Below are positions 63,713 through 64,000 of a stretch of DNA of 64,000 nt, piece after piece. Position 1 is the stretch's first letter. Each line of letters opens with the position of its first letter. The notes beneath the pieces are model-generated. The model was not told the origin of the DNA, ran no database searches, and saw only the letters and a list, made by a program, of their open reading frames with translations. Both the position numbers and the translations under genes were made by a program. The stretch is from Octopus bimaculoides (taxonomy: Eukaryota). Location of the stretch: contig NC_068982.1 in the NCBI RefSeq assembly GCF_001194135.2, forward strand, positions 36,897,217 to 36,961,216, in the 5' to 3' direction.

Positions 63713-63874
63713 GCTCAAAACCGTGTAACACATTTGGAGCATTCTGCCCATAAGGCCCAGGAAATTGAACGGCAAATGCTTGAAATGTCTCAGTGGATGA
63801 CAGATATGTCAAAACGTTTACAATCCCTGCTGGATGCTGATATACTTGCTGAGGACAGTCCTCGTGAATATGAG
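63713..63874 (+). CDS. DMD: Dystrophin exon 18 of window (162 nt, phase 0/0), R10 start
   Basis: gtttgtag|GCTCAA...TATGAG|gtaaaa; AQNRVTHLEHSAHKAQEIERQMLEMSQWMTDMSKRLQSLLDADILAEDSPREYE (~human AVRRQKLLEQSIQSAQETEK...IADKVDAAQMPQEAQ). Confidence 0.95.
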
Positions 63875-64000
63875 GTAAAATATTGTTTTGAAATTTTAGA
63901 TAATTGTTATTATTTATCCCACAAGGCATAGAGTAATCAGGCTGTTTTAGCTGTCCAAAATTTATGCAGTGGAATTTTGAAAAAAACAGTTAATTACAGA

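Larger units (their letters stand above)
3842..63874 (+). other. DMD: Dystrophin/utrophin-family gene, internal part (18 coding exons, hinge 1 end to spectrin repeat ~R10); gene extends beyond both window edges
   Basis: 18 AG-flanked exons join with matching phases into a 3345-nt open frame. The translation follows human dystrophin collinearly (YQDMLENVLAWLLEAE ~ YQTALEEVLSWLLSAE; NMVVVVDDSS ~ HMVVVVDESS; LLLQDVLLKWQ ~ VLLQDILLKWQ; DAEEISGELE ~ GAEEISEVLD). Confidence 0.96.

Overview
AT-rich animal genomic DNA, not prokaryotic. The SINE and LINE families and (TA)n/(CT)n microsatellites resemble octopus/coleoid cephalopod repeats, but this assignment is from recall, not a search. The whole window lies inside one + strand gene, a dystrophin/utrophin-family gene. 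I traced 18 coding exons (3842..63874) by hand. They splice into one uninterrupted frame of 3345 nt (1115 codons) covering the end of hinge 1, spectrin repeats ~R1-R10 and hinge 2, roughly human DMD exons 10-30. Neither the start nor the end of the gene is in the window. Seventeen donors are GT; the exon 11 donor must be a non-canonical GC. Introns hold decayed mobile DNA: a Penelope-like retroelement (RT + GIY-YIG) with a minimal hammerhead ribozyme, a tRNA-like cassette, an inverted terminal copy and a nested hairpin-ended insert; two Tc1 copies; a mariner; an inverted pair of Tc1/mariner-superfamily fragments; an hAT MITE with a perfect 8-bp TSD; RTE and L1/Tx1-like LINE remnants; a probable Helitron-like element; and many tRNA-derived SINEs. 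Almost all ORFs in the supplied track are spurious. The largest N-gaps (18628-19536, 43931-44323, 60168-60497) hide sequence. Homology calls come from recalled family motifs, and TE boundaries are approximate unless TIRs or TSDs are quoted.
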